A stretch of 64,000 bases of DNA. Origin: Octopus sinensis (lineage: Eukaryota). The stretch spans positions 31,992,001 through 32,056,000 of the forward strand of contig NC_042998.1 of the NCBI RefSeq assembly GCF_006345805.1, written 5' to 3'. Position numbers and translations under genes: made by a program. Below, piece after piece: positions 27,336 to 42,639 of this stretch (its first letter is position 1; every line of letters begins with the position of its first letter). Below the pieces are notes generated by a model. The model saw only the letters and a program-made list of their open reading frames with translations. It did no database searches and was not told the DNA's origin.

Positions 27336-27608
27336 GTCTTTTCCGAGGAGTGTAATTATCGGTAAAATAGTCGTAAACATGTTTCAAGTATTTCAGTAAG
27401 CATGTAGAATACTTCAACCAACGTAGTAAATATCGTTGTTACGGCAATTACTGAGGCCCAAGGATAATAGTCCAGAAGACTAAACTGTTGATGTGCTTAC
27501 TTCTATTCAGGTCAATAGAAAACCAACAAGTCCAGTCGCAGACCGGCCACTTGTACTTATTGGTAAGAGACTCTCTACCAGTCGCGTGGTGTTACATTGC
27601 ATGTAACA

Positions 27609-27844
27609 AAGGCGGCGAACTGGCATAAACGTTAGCGCGCCGGGCGAAATGCTTAGCGGTATTTCGTCTGCCGCTACGTTCTGAGTTCAAATTCCGCCGA
27701 GGTCGACTTTGCCTGTCATCCTTTCGGGGTCGATAAATTAAGTACCAGTTACGCACTGGGGTCGATGTAATCGACTTAATACCTATGTCTGTCTTTGTTT
27801 GTCCCCTCTATGTTTAGCCCCTTGTGGGTAATAAAGAAATAGGT
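27609..27844 (+). mobile_element. SINE family B, full length (tRNA-like head, GGTCGACTTTGCCTTTCATCCTTTCGGGGTCGAT core, tail 1)
   Basis: B box GAGTTCAAATTCC; colinear with more than 10 copies in the window. Confidence 0.85.
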
Positions 27845-28525
27845 GTTACATTGCATGCTCGCGTATTTGTATTTTGCTGATATATTCAGTTCATGTTATG
27901 TTCCTATGCTAAAATATCGGGCTCCAACATAAACTCTCCATCTCCGCCCGTGACTAAAACTAGTGTATAGAAATTATAAGAAAACTGTAGTCCCCATAAA
28001 TACAACTGAGTTGCCTTTAAAGGTAGTCATTACGGAGAAGAGCGGTGTATATGTAGGACATATCCCCTGATATTCAGAAGCAGTGTAGCTGCCATAAGCT
28101 GTTGTTAGAAAAGCGATGAAAATGCATTATTGAATGTTGTAAATAATATAGTTCTATGCCCAGGAATCGATTCCATCACAAAAGGACACATATATTGATT
28201 TCATTGTTGCATCTCAGAACACACATATTTATACAACCTCGTGTTCTGCATGCCAGAGCGCTGTGGCAAGCGATTCATATGAAATTTAAGTTTTATTTCT
28301 AATTCAAATCTGAAATTGTGCTAGGGAATAAATGCGAACTTCCAGTGACAAGCCATGGTTAGGGACGCTTTATCTGTTCAAGTCATACACTTAAAGTAAT
28401 CCTCAATAAAGCACAGTATTCAATCTCTGTTGTGACAACGAACCAACACGATCCTTTGAATTTGAATTTCCTGATTCATCTTGTAATGGCTGATAAAATA
28501 TAAAAATATAAGAAGTTGAAGTATG

Positions 28526-28872
<347 letters not shown>

Positions 28873-28909
28873 TTATATATCACCACTCGTGTTCGACATC
28901 TCCTTTTTT

Positions 28910-29023
<114 letters not shown>

Positions 29024-29027
29024 CACG

Positions 29028-29452
29028 TGTGTGGTAAGTAGCTTGCTTGCCAACCACATGGTTCCGGGTTCAGTCCCACTGCGTGGCACCTTGGGCAAGT
29101 GTCTTCTACTATACCCTCGGGCTGACCAAAGCCTTGTGAGTGGACTTGGTAGACGGGAACCGAAAAAAGCCCGTCGTATATATATATATAATATATATAT
29201 ATATATAAATATGTCTGTGTGTGTATGTGTATATGTGCGTATGTTTGTGTGTCTGTGTTTGTCCCCCCAACATCGCTTGACAACCGAAGCTGGTGTGTTT
29301 ACGTCTCCGTCACTTAGCTGTTCGGGAAGAGAGACCGACAGAATAAGTACTAGGCTTACAAAAAATAAGTCATGGGGTCGATTTGCTCGACTAAAGACGG
29401 TGCTACAGCATGGCTGCAGTCAAATGACTGAAACAAATAAAAGAAAGTAAGA
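29028..29452 (+). mobile_element. SINE family A, near full length
   Basis: Colinear with the other A copies. Confidence 0.85.
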
Positions 29453-29470
29453 AGAAAGTACACACACACA

Positions 29471-29504
<34 letters not shown>

Positions 29505-29551
29505 GTATATATGCATATATATATGCATATACATATATGCATATACATATA

Positions 29552-29595
<44 letters not shown>

Positions 29596-30898
29596 CATAT
29601 ATATATATACACACACACACAACTATCGTTTTAACATGTTCCTGCGTAATGTAGTCACATCTAATCTGTGGCGATTTTTCAAAGGATAGAAAATAGATAG
29701 ATGGCTAGAGTAACAAATAAAATATCTTCTGGCATTTAACTCTTGGCGGTTATTTACGTTCAGTGATGTATGAGCAGAATGGTTAGATAGCCAGGCAAAT
29801 CATCCCTTTACTTTCCGAGTACAAATCGCAAATCTACTAAATTTGCTTTTCATCCTACTGAGGTCAGCACTTTTAACACTGAGGTATTGTAGTCGATTTA
29901 ATATTCCCGTAAAGTGTCTCTGGGTGTGAATGGGATGGTGCTGGTAGATGTTGGAACTCCACATTTCGCCGAGGACAAATTTGCGTTTACTTCTTTTGGA
30001 AGTAGATAAAATGAAACGAGCACCCGACAAGCACAGGTCGATAAATTAATTGTTCTATCGCTAAAACGATGTTGTCTTGTGTCCGTTATAAATCAATACT
30101 TGAATGGACAAGGTGTTAACTTCACAAGAAAATAAGTTTATTTTAGCACAGTCAACGACTCTCCCTTATAATTCTGTCCTCAATTTATTTAACATTTAAA
30201 TAGGTTAAACTAACAGAAAGATATATCGCTAGAGGATTACCAAAATATAGGGAAACCGACAATCAGGATTGTAATTTACACATGTAATTCTCAACGTTAA
30301 GTTTATAACCGCATATATTAATAGACTCAAATATATTGCGTGATTTTGGCTGACAGGCGTTGTCGGCTATAGCAATTCTATATAATTCATGAGCACATTG
30401 AATTACTTGTAGTGATCATACGATCCTATGCTACTTTACACTACTGTAGGGAAGGAAAACTTGTTGCATTCTCGTTTTATATTGGTCCATAGGGAGAAAA
30501 ACAGGATTAAATATTTCCTTGTGTTCTTACTAAAGCCTTCTTGGTTAAATTGTGTTATTAGGTAATCTTCCGATAGCCACTAAGGAGTCTCTGGAATTGC
30601 TAGAAACAGGGGCTACATATCTGTCCATCTGTGACGAAATAACATCGGTAATGAGACATAGGAAAATGCAATCTTAGATATGTTCGGAAAGATAATAATC
30701 TCTTTGGGGATGTTGCTGATTCTAGGGTTGAACTATAAAAGCTGACCTTTAAAGGAAGAGACAAAAAAAAAAAAGAACCTTAAGGCTAACAACAACCGTT
30801 CTCTTGCTTATTTTCCTTGTGACCAGATTTAAGCAAATTGATGGACAAGCGACACTCTTCCTCATGCATGAAACGAGGCATCGCTAGAATTGTCTGAA

Positions 30899-30910
30899 AT
30901 AATAATAATG

Positions 30911-31008
<98 letters not shown>
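30899..31008. repeat. (TAA)n microsatellite abutting an R4/Dong LINE (also 58375-58472, 58977-59003, 62468-62567)
   Basis: Direct reading. Confidence 0.95.
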
Positions 31009-31009
<1 letters not shown>

Positions 31010-32200
31010 AGATTGTTACAAACGACACAAAAACTTGTCGACAACCTGGGTAGACTATAAAAAAGCTTTTGATAGTTTATCACATAGCTTGATTAAGAAA
31101 TGTCTGGAAATGTCTAAAATAGCACCTACTCTGCGAAACTTCTTGTCGGAATAGAGAACCACACTGACTTTGACCAATGACAATAAATCTCTCAATGCTG
31201 GAGATGCAAGAATTTTATGCGGCATTTTCCAGGGTGACTCTCTACCACCACTTGTCTTTTGTCTAATTTTAATTCCTCTCTTGAAATTGCTCGATGATGT
31301 TCAATATGGCTAAAACATTTTTGATAAAAATATAAATCATCTCTTTTTTATGGATGATTTAAAGCTCTTTGCAAAAAATGACCAATAACTACAGGGCTTA
31401 CTAGCAATTGTTAAGCAGTTCAGTAATGACATCAGGATGGAATTTGGCCTTGATAAATGCACAAAAGTTACCTTTATCAAAGGAAAAATTACAGAAACAT
31501 CCAACGTTAATCTTGACCAGCAGAACGCCATAAATCAGTTAGAACCAGCGGTGAGCTACAAATACCTAGGGGTATTTGAAGATGATGGAATCAAACATTC
31601 AATGATGAGGGAAAGGATCAGAAGAGAATGTTATCGCAGAGTGAGAGCAATATTCAAGACAGAACCGAACGCAAGAAACAGGATCGAAGTTATCAATACT
31701 TCAGCCATACCAGTCGTGACTTACAGTTTCAATATCATTGACTGGTCAATTACTGAAGTAGGTAATCTTGACAGAAAAATACGACAATTGTTGACAATGC
31801 ATAGAATGCATCACCCTAAGGCAAGTATAGAACAACTTTAGCTGCCAAGAAAAGTAGGAGGCCGTGGACTTTTACAACTGGCATTAAAAATGAAAATTTC
31901 CACAATTGGCCTCAATACCTACCTGAAAAACTCTGGTGACTGGATGTTAAACTTGTTTTAAAGTGTAAAAACAAGAAAGAATCATACTCAGCAACAAAGT
32001 AGGCAAAGAAATATCAAAGTGAATTCCGAAAACAACAAATGCCAGAATTAGACGTACTGGAAACAAGCACAGAAAAAGCTAAGTGTATAAAAACCCGTGC
32101 TAAAACTGCTGCCTTAGATATTCTGCCTGATAAATGGCAAGAAAAACCCCTCAATGGTAAATACCCAAAGAGAGCTAATAACGCTGATGTTGACAAAAAC
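31009..32200 (+). mobile_element. Degenerate R4/Dong-clade LINE RT fragment directly after (TAA)n
   Basis: WVDYKKAFDS, GIFQGDSL, FMDDLKLFAK, FGLDKC, YKYLG, HHPKA..GGRGL, WQEKPLNGKY; contains stops and frameshifts. Confidence 0.85.
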
Positions 32201-33715
32201 TTTTGAGGAAGAAGTACAAAAAGAACATGAAGAAGAATTACGTAAGAAGGGACTACAGTATCTCTTATCAGATCCCGGCGACAAGCGCTAATCCTTTCGT
32301 TAGCACTTTGGCCCAAATCTTGAAATTTGCGCATAACAGAGTTATGAGCCGGAAAAATAATCAATGCAGTCGGTCTTTTTTCTTTCATCAGTGGTAGGAC
32401 CGCTTGTTGAATCACAGAACTGGAAGTAATCTGGTGAACATTAACTAAGTCTGACCAGTAAAGCTCGTATGAAAAATCATATCAGCCAGACAATGGGCAC
32501 CTGTGTATCCAATCATCGCTTTTTGTGTTTCTTTTTATTATCAGCGTTTCGTAACACCCCGATTCTTTTGTCAAGTGTGTTCGCAGACAGTAAGATTAAG
32601 TATTGAAGTCCATCATACGATCTATCCCACTATTTGTTTCAAAATTCGAGCAAACTCTCGCTGAAAAACCTTACGCATTTGTTGGAATCGGATAACACAT
32701 GTCGATCCGCTAAAAGATCGAATTGTGAATGTATTGTCAAGTACTTCGACCACGTTGGATCATCGAAAGACTTTCGTTTCTTAGTGACATGGAGTATGCG
32801 CTCTGACAACGATTGGGCATTTTGAAATAATTGAGTAGTAAATGCGAGTTATTCCTGTAAATTATTTTGTGGCATATAAATAAACACACGCACATACACA
32901 CGCATACACACACACACACAAACACACACACGCACACGCATATATGATATCTGTAAATTATATTATTCCTTATAACATAATACACGTACACATTCACACA
33001 TAAACACCCCCCACTCATATATACAGTTATGCTTAAACAAATAACTTCGTGGGTGTTGAAATTACATAGATGACGTTTTCTTTTAAAATTATAGCTTCTG
33101 TGAGAATGTATAATATAATATTTAGCGTAGGTACTTGAAACTGGCTGAAGAGGTGCGGATGTAATTAAAATTAATTATTTAGACGCCTCAGATGAGATTT
33201 GTAATAAATCTCTTTTACAGTAAGATTAGCGAATAATTTCAGGTATGCTATATGCAGATGGCAGCACACGCATTAAGTGAGTATACAACGTATTTACTGG
33301 GCAGTTTACACCTTACCAAGTGATCGTGATGAGATGTGATGTATTGATAGGTGTTACGAGTAATCTTATAAAGCGAAAAGTTTCTAAGTGTATAATGCAA
33401 AAATATTAATGAAGCTATTTATTTGTAGATTTGTATAAAGATATAATTGAATTTGTAGTCATGTGCAGCTGCAAATAAGTTTAAAATTAATACCGAATAT
33501 TACTAATATGAGTTGTGTAATTAAGGCACTGAACTGGTGTAATCGTTAACGCATCGGACCAAAGTGCTTCCAAAAACGTCCGCGTGTCAAAAACGGTTCT
33601 TAGTAGTATTTCTTTTGGCTCCTTACGTTCTGGGTCAAAATGACGCCGGGCTTAATTCTTCTCCTTCAAGGGTCGGTAAAATAAGGTACTAATCAATTAC
33701 TGAGGTCGATGTAAT

Positions 33716-33948
33716 CTATTTCTTTACTACCCACAAGGGGCTAAACACAGAGGGGACAAACAAGGACAGACAAACGGATTAAGTCGATTATATCGACTCC
33801 AGTGCGTAACTGGTACTAATTTAATCGACCCCGAAAGGATGAAAGGCAAAGTCGACCTCGGCAGAATTTGAACTCAGAACGTAGCGGCAGACGAAATACC
33901 ACTAAGCATTTCGCCCGGCGTGCTAACGTTTCTGCCAGCTCACCGCCT
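33716..33948 (-). mobile_element. SINE family B, full length (inserted in an older B copy)
   Basis: Colinear with 27609-27844; GAGGTCGATGTAATC occurs on both sides. Confidence 0.85.
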
Positions 33949-34860
33949 GAGGTCGATGTAATCGATTAGTTCTTTCCTCCAATGTAATCGATCAATCCCT
34001 TGGAATCGATCAGTACCTTGTGTCAAGATTAGAAAGTGTAGTAAATTTAGTTACCGTTGACAAACAACAGAATGTGTACTTGAGTTATATTAAATTTTTC
34101 AATACCTCTGCATCTATTCTATAACGGAGAAAACAGGTGATTAATTAGCCGGAATTATGAGACTTTTATTAAAAGATCAATTATTAAAGTGTAGACTAGA
34201 AATCTTTTATAAATTCCCGTTTTAATATATTTTCATCAGAATGTGGTTTTGGATTATCTTCTATTATTGGATATTTGAAATACGAGCTTCAATCACAAAT
34301 CATATACAATCATATACAATTTGCTGCAGGGTTGTATTTTTTAACCTCTCTTTATAGTGTTGCAAATATAAAGGTTGCCCAGGTAATTGCAATGCTACCT
34401 TTCCTACAAATGATAAGTTTAATCTAGTGTGAGCCAAGTTATGTTGATTTTAACATCCCTTCATATGCGTAGGCTTTTGTTGAAGTAATAGAAAACTAAA
34501 TAAGAAAACTTAAATTAATTTACAACAATTGCAATGTACGTCAACTGTGTAACACTTCACTTACAAATTTTATTTCCTCATAACTTTAGAAATATGAGTA
34601 TTTCTAATGAAATTTTCTGCAATTGTCTTCCTGATGGCGTAGAATATCTCATATTAAAATGTCATGTGAAAAACATTAGGGAGGGGAATATTTAACGCAT
34701 CTTCACATTTTTCTTAATTACAATTACGTTGAAAATATAGTTTGAGGATTATTCCACCTTTTTCCAGAAATTCTCTGAAAGAAATCTTTGTACAAAGGAG
34801 AATACTCTACGAGCACCAACTAAGGAATGTGTATTTCTTTCAATATTTTATCGCGATTGG

Positions 34861-35495
34861 AAGGCGGCGAGCTGGCAAACACGTTAGCACGGCGGGCGAA
34901 ATGCTTAGCGGTATTTCGTCTGTCTTTACGTTCTGAATTCAAATTCCGCCGAGGTCGACTTTGCCTTTCATCCTTTCGGGGTCGATTAAATAAGTACCAG
35001 TTACGCACTGGGGTCGATATAATCAACTTAATCCGTTTGTCTGTCCTTGTTTGTTCTCTCTGTGTTTAGCCACTTGTGGGTAGTAAAGAAATAGAAATAG
35101 GTATTTCGTCTGCGGCTACGTTCTGAGTTCAAATTCCGCCGAGGTCGATTTTGCCTTTCATCCTTTCGGGGTCGATAAATTAAGTACCAGTTGCGTACTG
35201 GGGTCGATCTAATCGACTGGCCCTCTCTCTCAAAATTTCGGGACTCGTGCCTAGAGTAGAAAAGATTATTTTGTTGCGGTAGAACGGTGAGCTGGCAGAA
35301 TCGTTAACACGCCAGACAAAATGCTAAGTGTCATTTCGTCGGCCTTTACTTTTTGAGTTCAAATTCCACCGAAGTCGACTTAGACTTTCATTCTTTTGGG
35401 GAACAATAAAATAAGTATCAGTTTGACTGGGGCTGGGGGTGGCGGAGTCGATGTAATTCACCCAGAAATTTCCGGCCTTGTCCCAAACTTTGAAA
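34861..35495 (+). mobile_element. Family B cluster: headed tail 1 unit + headless tail 2 unit, then another tail 2 copy
   Basis: Junction AAATAG|GTATTTCG at about 35100. Confidence 0.8.
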
Positions 35496-36132
35496 CCAAT
35501 ATTTTAGAGATTTTAATCTGTCTTTCCACCTACAAGGCCAAGTTAGTATGCTAGAAATATAAGGGACCATATGAGTCTCAGAAGTACGTTTTTCTAACAT
35601 AACTATAATTAAATAACCAAAACTATGCAGAAAGAATGACGAGATGCATTACATAACCGTCCTCCACCATTTTTTCCATATTAAATTCCAGTACAATCAT
35701 AATCTACGTCATTTGAAAATTATTTGTAGAAAATTTCATTTAAAAATACCCATTTTTCTGAAAGTTAGAAAGAAACAAACTTTAGGCGTGGGAATTATCC
35801 GAAAGTCTCCTCCCGATGTGTTATTAACAACAAATTCCGATAAGATCATCATCTGCACCATCAGAAATGCATTTGTCGAAATTTACATCGATGAATAACG
35901 ATTTTTGAGAAAGGTATGAAGAAACAAATTCGGTGGGGTACATCTCTGTATTTATGCCCTAAATTTACTAAGCGACTGAATACTAACAAAGGAATATAAG
36001 ATTCGAAGGAAAATTAGACATAACATAGACAAATACCACAAAATGGGAATTAAATGCAAGTAATAGAAAGCTACCCGGCGGGTGGACTTTCTTCCAGTTG
36101 TAGCAATGGTCTTCCTTTTATTACTCCTATTC

Positions 36133-36169
<37 letters not shown>

Positions 36170-36865
36170 GGTTTATGAAACCATTTCCGCTTTGGAACGT
36201 TTTCTTCGCCCGGTAGTCTGGTTCGAATGACAGTGGTTATTTTCAAAACAGAACGTAAACCTAAGCGGGCGGGGTTTGGCTTTCTAGTAACATATTCTAC
36301 GACTGAGAGTGAATTACCTAACATATTTTTCTTCATGCATTAATCTTTTGGAATCAATGTATATTTCTTAACTTTTTTGGTGATTTGTTTGTTTTATTTA
36401 AAAATTTTTATTTATTCACTAGTAATTAATTTGTAGAGATTGATTTATACTGTAAGTAATTGCTTCTTTTTACGTCGCTTATTTTCGCCCTATGTCTGTG
36501 TTTGGGTTTTATCTATAAGATTGCGATTAGTATTCCAGATACAAACAATTATGGTTGTGTTTCTCAAACAGTTTTAGAATATATTTGTTTATGCTCTAGG
36601 TTAAGAGGAGTTTATATTTCGTTCTAGTCTTCCTTGCGGGAGTGTAAATCAGAAGTTTTAGTTGAACATTTTTATTATCAAGATAAGACTTTTTGAACAG
36701 TTATGGTTTAATTATAAGGCCGCTTGCACGCAGACACGCTCACACACATACGCGCGCACACATATACACACCACACACACACACACACACATACAAAAAC
36801 ACACACAAACACACACACACACTCACACACACATAAACGCACACATACATTCAAATATATATATA

Positions 36866-37033
36866 TATACGACGGGCTTCGTTCAGATTCCATCTCCCAA
36901 ATCCACTCACATGGCTTTGGTTGACTCGAGGTTATTGTAGAAGACAGTTGCCTAAGGTGTCCACGCAATGGGACTGAACCCAGGACCATGTGGTTGGGGA
37001 GAAAACTTCTTGCTACATGCCACGCCTGCACCT
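36866..37033 (-). mobile_element. SINE family A, 5' half
   Basis: GACGGGCTTC..GGGACTGAACCCAGGACCATGTGG. Confidence 0.75.
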
Positions 37034-37129
37034 ATATATACAAAAATTGCTACCATAATTGTGATGGATATTCCAAACTCGTTTGTTGAGAACAACATTT
37101 TTCAGATCACCGTGTACTAATTGGTTTCT

Positions 37130-37640
37130 CCAACTTTGAAGGATAAACATAAAAAGTATTCTTTTTTAACTATAAGGCTTTTTTATGAGTAAGTTCCAGA
37201 AGAATTCTCCCTGGTCCGAATGCTTTCTTTGGCTTCACTCTATTGATGGCTTTGGTCGATTTTCGAGACTACATGGGACTGATAACGAATTTCGTGTACA
37301 ACGTGGGCCTAGGTTTTGTAGAAAGGTTTTTGCGATGATGGTCGTCCTGGTCAATAAGAGTTTAAATCTTCTCTCAGCTCTTCCCTATGTCTTGGGTGTA
37401 CTCCTTATAACTGGTGGTTCGCGTACACAACGATGGTTCGTGCTTAAAATTTTTGCAGATAGCTATTGTCAAGTTCTTTCGGCATTTGTCGTCACCAGTT
37501 TATTTGAAAGTCGCTGTTTCGTGTTTGACGTTTCGGTGTGAAATCCTGATATTGTGATTTATTCCCAATGAATGTCGGATCATGTTCAGAGGAAACATGG
37601 ACTTCCTGCTTTGCATTCTTCGTTAGTGTCACCAAAGCAA
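37130..37640 (-). mobile_element. Possible degenerate LINE fragment (region upstream of RT)
   Basis: Hand translation KAINRVKPKKAFGPGRILLEL resembles the AI..LK..KA.GPD motif; nothing else recognised. Confidence 0.4.
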
Positions 37641-37704
37641 TATTTCTTCTTTTATTGCCAAACCAATACATTTCTCACCTAATTGTGTAACGATGTTCTA
37701 TAGC

Positions 37705-37817
37705 AGTAGAATAAGTACTTGGCTTACAAAGTCCTGGGGTCGATTTCTTCGACTAAAGGCGGTGCTCCAGCATGACTGCAGTCAAATGACTGAAACAAGT
37801 AAAAGAGTAAAAGAGTA
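37705..37817 (+). mobile_element. SINE family A, 3' end fragment
   Basis: AGAATAAGTAC..GAAACAAGTAAAAGAGTAAAAGAG. Confidence 0.75.
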
Positions 37818-37921
37818 TAGACCATTTGACTACTATTTCATTCAAGAAAGGGAGAGAATCAAAAACCAATCGATGTCTCAAAACTGATATTACATAATTA
37901 TAATTATGTAACATTAGGAAT

Positions 37922-38513
<592 letters not shown>

Positions 38514-39219
38514 TACATTTTTAAATATTTCTATCCATGAATTTTAAGCAGAAAATGTAACGTGCAGCCACAAGGGCCACATGAACCCCTGATGAGGATC
38601 ACTGTTCTATAGGGATGCACTGTAGAATAAGTTCAGAGGCTTTTTATCTCTAACTTTGCATCTGCACTACCGTCGGTGAAGCTACAAGACGCTGTTGACC
38701 TCAATGCCAGAATCAGGTAACGCAATCATTCAGAGAAAAAAACCGTGATTAGAAGACAGAAAATAGGAAATTGAAGTGAAAATAGATAAGTACCTATTGA
38801 AATGAGTATAGGGCAGCAACTATTTATCTCTAATAGCAGTCAGACAGTCAATCCGTATTAAAAACACATGAATTTACCCGCGCAAAAATAATGGACAGCG
38901 CTTAAGAACAGAAATAGAATGATGTCATCATAGCCAGGTTAGTGAGAAACAAAAACGACTGCACGATGGCACATAATATAATAGGCATTTGCAAGTACAC
39001 ATAAACACATACATACAAACGCGCACATGCACACAGAAATACACACATACATACAATTGCCCTCACACTCACACACACGCATATGTTCGCAAGCGTTCCG
39101 GTAGTATATACATATACGAATACTTGTACAGAGACACAAACTATCAATGTTTATGTAAGTATTCATATATAAATTTGGCGGATTATATATATATATGTGT
39201 ATGTATTTGTAAATATTGA

Positions 39220-39268
<49 letters not shown>

Positions 39269-40072
39269 TTATTTATATGAATAAAGAGATACATTTGTAC
39301 GCTCACACGCCACACGAACACATATAAGCACATAAAGATTTACATTTGTGTCTTAATATGTTTGTATGTGTGTATGCGTGTGTGTGTGTGTGTGTACCCA
39401 TGCACATACATACGCCTGCACTCACACACCCACGCATATATGTTCTCATGTATGTATTGATGTATGTAGACATATATAGGTCTTTTGAATGTAGTCGGTC
39501 GTTTATACCTGTAACCAAAGAAACTAAGCGCTGATACCAAATGTAGACAAGAAATTTCCATCAATTCCAAAAGCTTCGTAAATCAGTGTGTAATAAAAAC
39601 TTAAAACAAAACACAGATATAAAAACGATATTTTCTATGATGAACGAAATTACTTGACTTATGGAATAATACAGAAAAAAAAAAAAAACGTTATATTCCT
39701 GCTGAATGAGTTTTAGTTTCGTGTATTTATCAAACAGACAAATATATTACTTCTACGAAAAGCTTTTGTGTGAATGGCGGCCGTCATCATTTCTGTAACC
39801 ATATAATATATAAGCATTTGCTTCTAACTTTAGCGAAGAAACTACCTCCAACGCCTTTATGCATAGATGCCAGTTTCGATGGCGCTATAAATTAGTAATT
39901 TATTTTTCTGGCATCTTCATCAATTATTCACGTGCAGGAATGTCAACGACATCATTGCACTGCATTCCTGATGACACTGTGTATCTTCACTTTAATTATA
40001 CCATTGAGTATTACTATAGACATTTACTTTATGTAATCAATAATCATCGTTCTTTCAACTATATATATATAT

Positions 40073-40427
40073 ATATATAAGAAAATAGTAAAGTGTGAAA
40101 AAACGACAGAAGGCTTAAATGTTAAAAAATATATATATTTGTGTCAAAATGTCTGGAGAATATTGGAAAAATTTTTTTTCCCTTTCCTTAAAATGACATA
40201 ATTTTAAAATTTTTAAAGAAATTACCGGTTTCGCGTGTAGCTTCAAGAAATTTGAAAAGCTACACGCGAAACCGGTAATTTCGTTAAAAATTTTAAAATT
40301 ATGTCATTTTAAGGAAAGGGAAAAAAAATTTTTCCAATATTCTCCAGACATTTTGACACAAATATATATATTTTTTAACATTTAAGCCGTCTGTCGATTT
40401 TTCACACTTTACTATTTTCTTATATAT
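40073..40427. repeat. 355-bp fold-back palindrome built from the PLE3-family 3' terminus
   Basis: Arms match 22745-22915; centre at caa-gaaat-ttg (40244-40254); right arm carries gaaat-TTGAAAA-gc-tacac-gc-GAAAC-CG-GTA-atttc (40247-40282). Confidence 0.9.
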
Positions 40428-40462
40428 TCACCCACGTGCTTTACCAAACAAACTTTCTTATC

Positions 40463-40496
<34 letters not shown>

Positions 40497-40506
40497 ATAT
40501 GTATGT

Positions 40507-40581
<75 letters not shown>

Positions 40582-40941
40582 TACATAGTTTGCTGTTCCA
40601 TTATAGCCAGAATCTTGTTTTTCTTACTTTTCTACTTTTTCGATCCACTTCCGTATCAAACTTCTTCGCATTTTTTCTTCACTTGTATTCTTTCTCATGT
40701 TTTCATCTAGACCACTGACCTTGTTTTTGTTTTTGACTACAACTGACGTTTTGAACTGAGCCAGAAATATTTCCTAGAGATACATGTCATGTTAAGTAAA
40801 TCTGTCAAAGTATGAAAATATTTGTAGCTTTTTTTGCAATTGTGTTTGTGTGTTCGAGTATATTAATGTTTGTTTATATGTCGTGTTATAATCCGTGTGT
40901 GTTTGTATGAGTGTGTGTGTGTGTGTGTTTGTGTGTGTATG

Positions 40942-41221
40942 TATGGAAAGACTGAAAGAATTAAAACTCTTCTCTATAGAACGAAGGCGTGAAAGACATG
41001 CAGTATTACATACCTAGAAATTCCTAGAAGGCCTTGTACCAAACTTTGGCATTGAAAGTTACACAAACAGCAGAACGGGGTGCCACTGCATAATGCCAAA
41101 GTTCTCAGCATCACCATCAAAATACAGGACTAGATACTGCAACAGCTTGGGGTCCAAGGGTCCACAACTCTTCAGTATCCTTCCAAAATACCTGAGAGAC
41201 CTGCATGATGTGGATGTAGGT
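40942..41221 (+). mobile_element. CR1-like LINE 3' fragment, left half (split by a TIR element)
   Basis: ERLKELKLFSIERRRERH..NSLGSKGPQLFSILPKYLRDLHDVDVG. Confidence 0.75.
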
Positions 41222-42327
41222 AGGATCTTTGTGGTTTTCTTCACTGTTTACAATTTTATTCTAGTTGTTTTGAAATTTGGTTTATGGATTAAGTTTTGTA
41301 TACTAATTATGAAAATTAAATTCACTTTTCCTGTAAATCCATAATAAAAAAGTTATTAGCCTTGAAATTTGCAAAATTTGGGTATTTTAGCCAATCGAAA
41401 GCGAATATCTTACACGTCACCGTGGCGAAAATTTTGTTTCCATAGTAACCAAAGATGCTGTGTATGTGCACAAGGAGAAGGAAATACGAGAAAGATAATC
41501 TTCTACCATAATAATACTCTTGTGTTTTTCTCCGTCACCAAATATGAATGAGAAAGGAAGGGTGATAGATGAATAAGGAAGGAAGGGGTGATGGCAAACT
41601 GGGGGAGGGAGCGTTTCAACTCTGTATGAGTATATGTGTTTGTGTATGTAAAAGGGAGGTATGTGAATGTTTGCGTGTGTGTGCAATGGAAGTGGGGTGG
41701 TGAACAATCAACGCTGATAAGAAAAATCAAACAGCGTCACTTTCATTCTTGAATATTTTAAAACTAATAAATGTCTGTTTTCAGCAATGTTTTGATTGTT
41801 ATTTCTAGCAACTCCTGTTGGTTTGTTTGTAGCTTTTAAATATTAAATTTGCTCGCGAATGTTCTAATATTAACTTCATTTGTGTATATTTTAATGGGTT
41901 GACTGTTATTCCTAGGAATGTTTTAACATTCCGACGCCCCACCCCCACCCCAATGATGGAAGAGCTGCGAACGTTCTCTTTTCTGACTGGCTGAAAATTC
42001 TGAAAATTATCAAACTTTGAACACCTGTAACATTTTTACAAAATTTTTCTGGAATGAATGAATAACAAATTCGGATTTAGCGTCAAAAATTACATCTCTT
42101 TACTCTTTACTCTTTTACTCTTTTACTTTGTTTCATTCATTTGACTGCGGCCATGCTGGAGCACCGCCTTTAGTCGAGAAAATCGACACCAGGACTTATT
42201 CTTTGCAAGCCTAGTACTTATTCTATCGGTCTATTTTGCCGAACCGCTAAGTTACGGGGACATTAAACACACCACCATCGGTTGTCAAGCGATGTTGGGG
42301 GGACAAACACAGACACACAAACACAGA

Positions 42328-42393
<66 letters not shown>

Positions 42394-42639
42394 CATATAT
42401 ACGACTGGCTTCTTTCAGTTTCCGTCTACCAAATCCACTCACAAGGCTTTGGTCGGCCCGAGGCTACAGTAGAAGACATTTGCCCAAGGTGCCACGCAGT
42501 GGGACTGAACCCATAACCATGTGGTTGGTAAACAAGCTACTTACCACACAGCCACTCCTGCGCCTATGTACATTATCTATGTACATTAATTTTTTTTTAA
42601 AGGATAATTGTAAACAGTGACGAACACCACAAAGATCCT
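41222..42639. mobile_element. Non-autonomous DNA transposon with 34-bp TIRs and a 6-bp TSD (GTAGGT)
   Basis: AGGATCTTTGTGGTTTTCTTCACTGTTTACAATT at 41222-41255 vs its inverse at 42606-42639 (32/34 match); GTAGGT at 41216-41221 and 42640-42645; removing it restores the LINE frame. Confidence 0.85.
42097..42564 (-). mobile_element. SINE family A nested inside the TIR element
   Basis: Colinear with A. Confidence 0.85.

Noticed and set aside
32200-32420. Protein-like stretch EEEVQKEHEEELRKKGLQYLLSDPGDKR after the LINE fragment
   Set aside because: Stops follow at once and no family was recognised.
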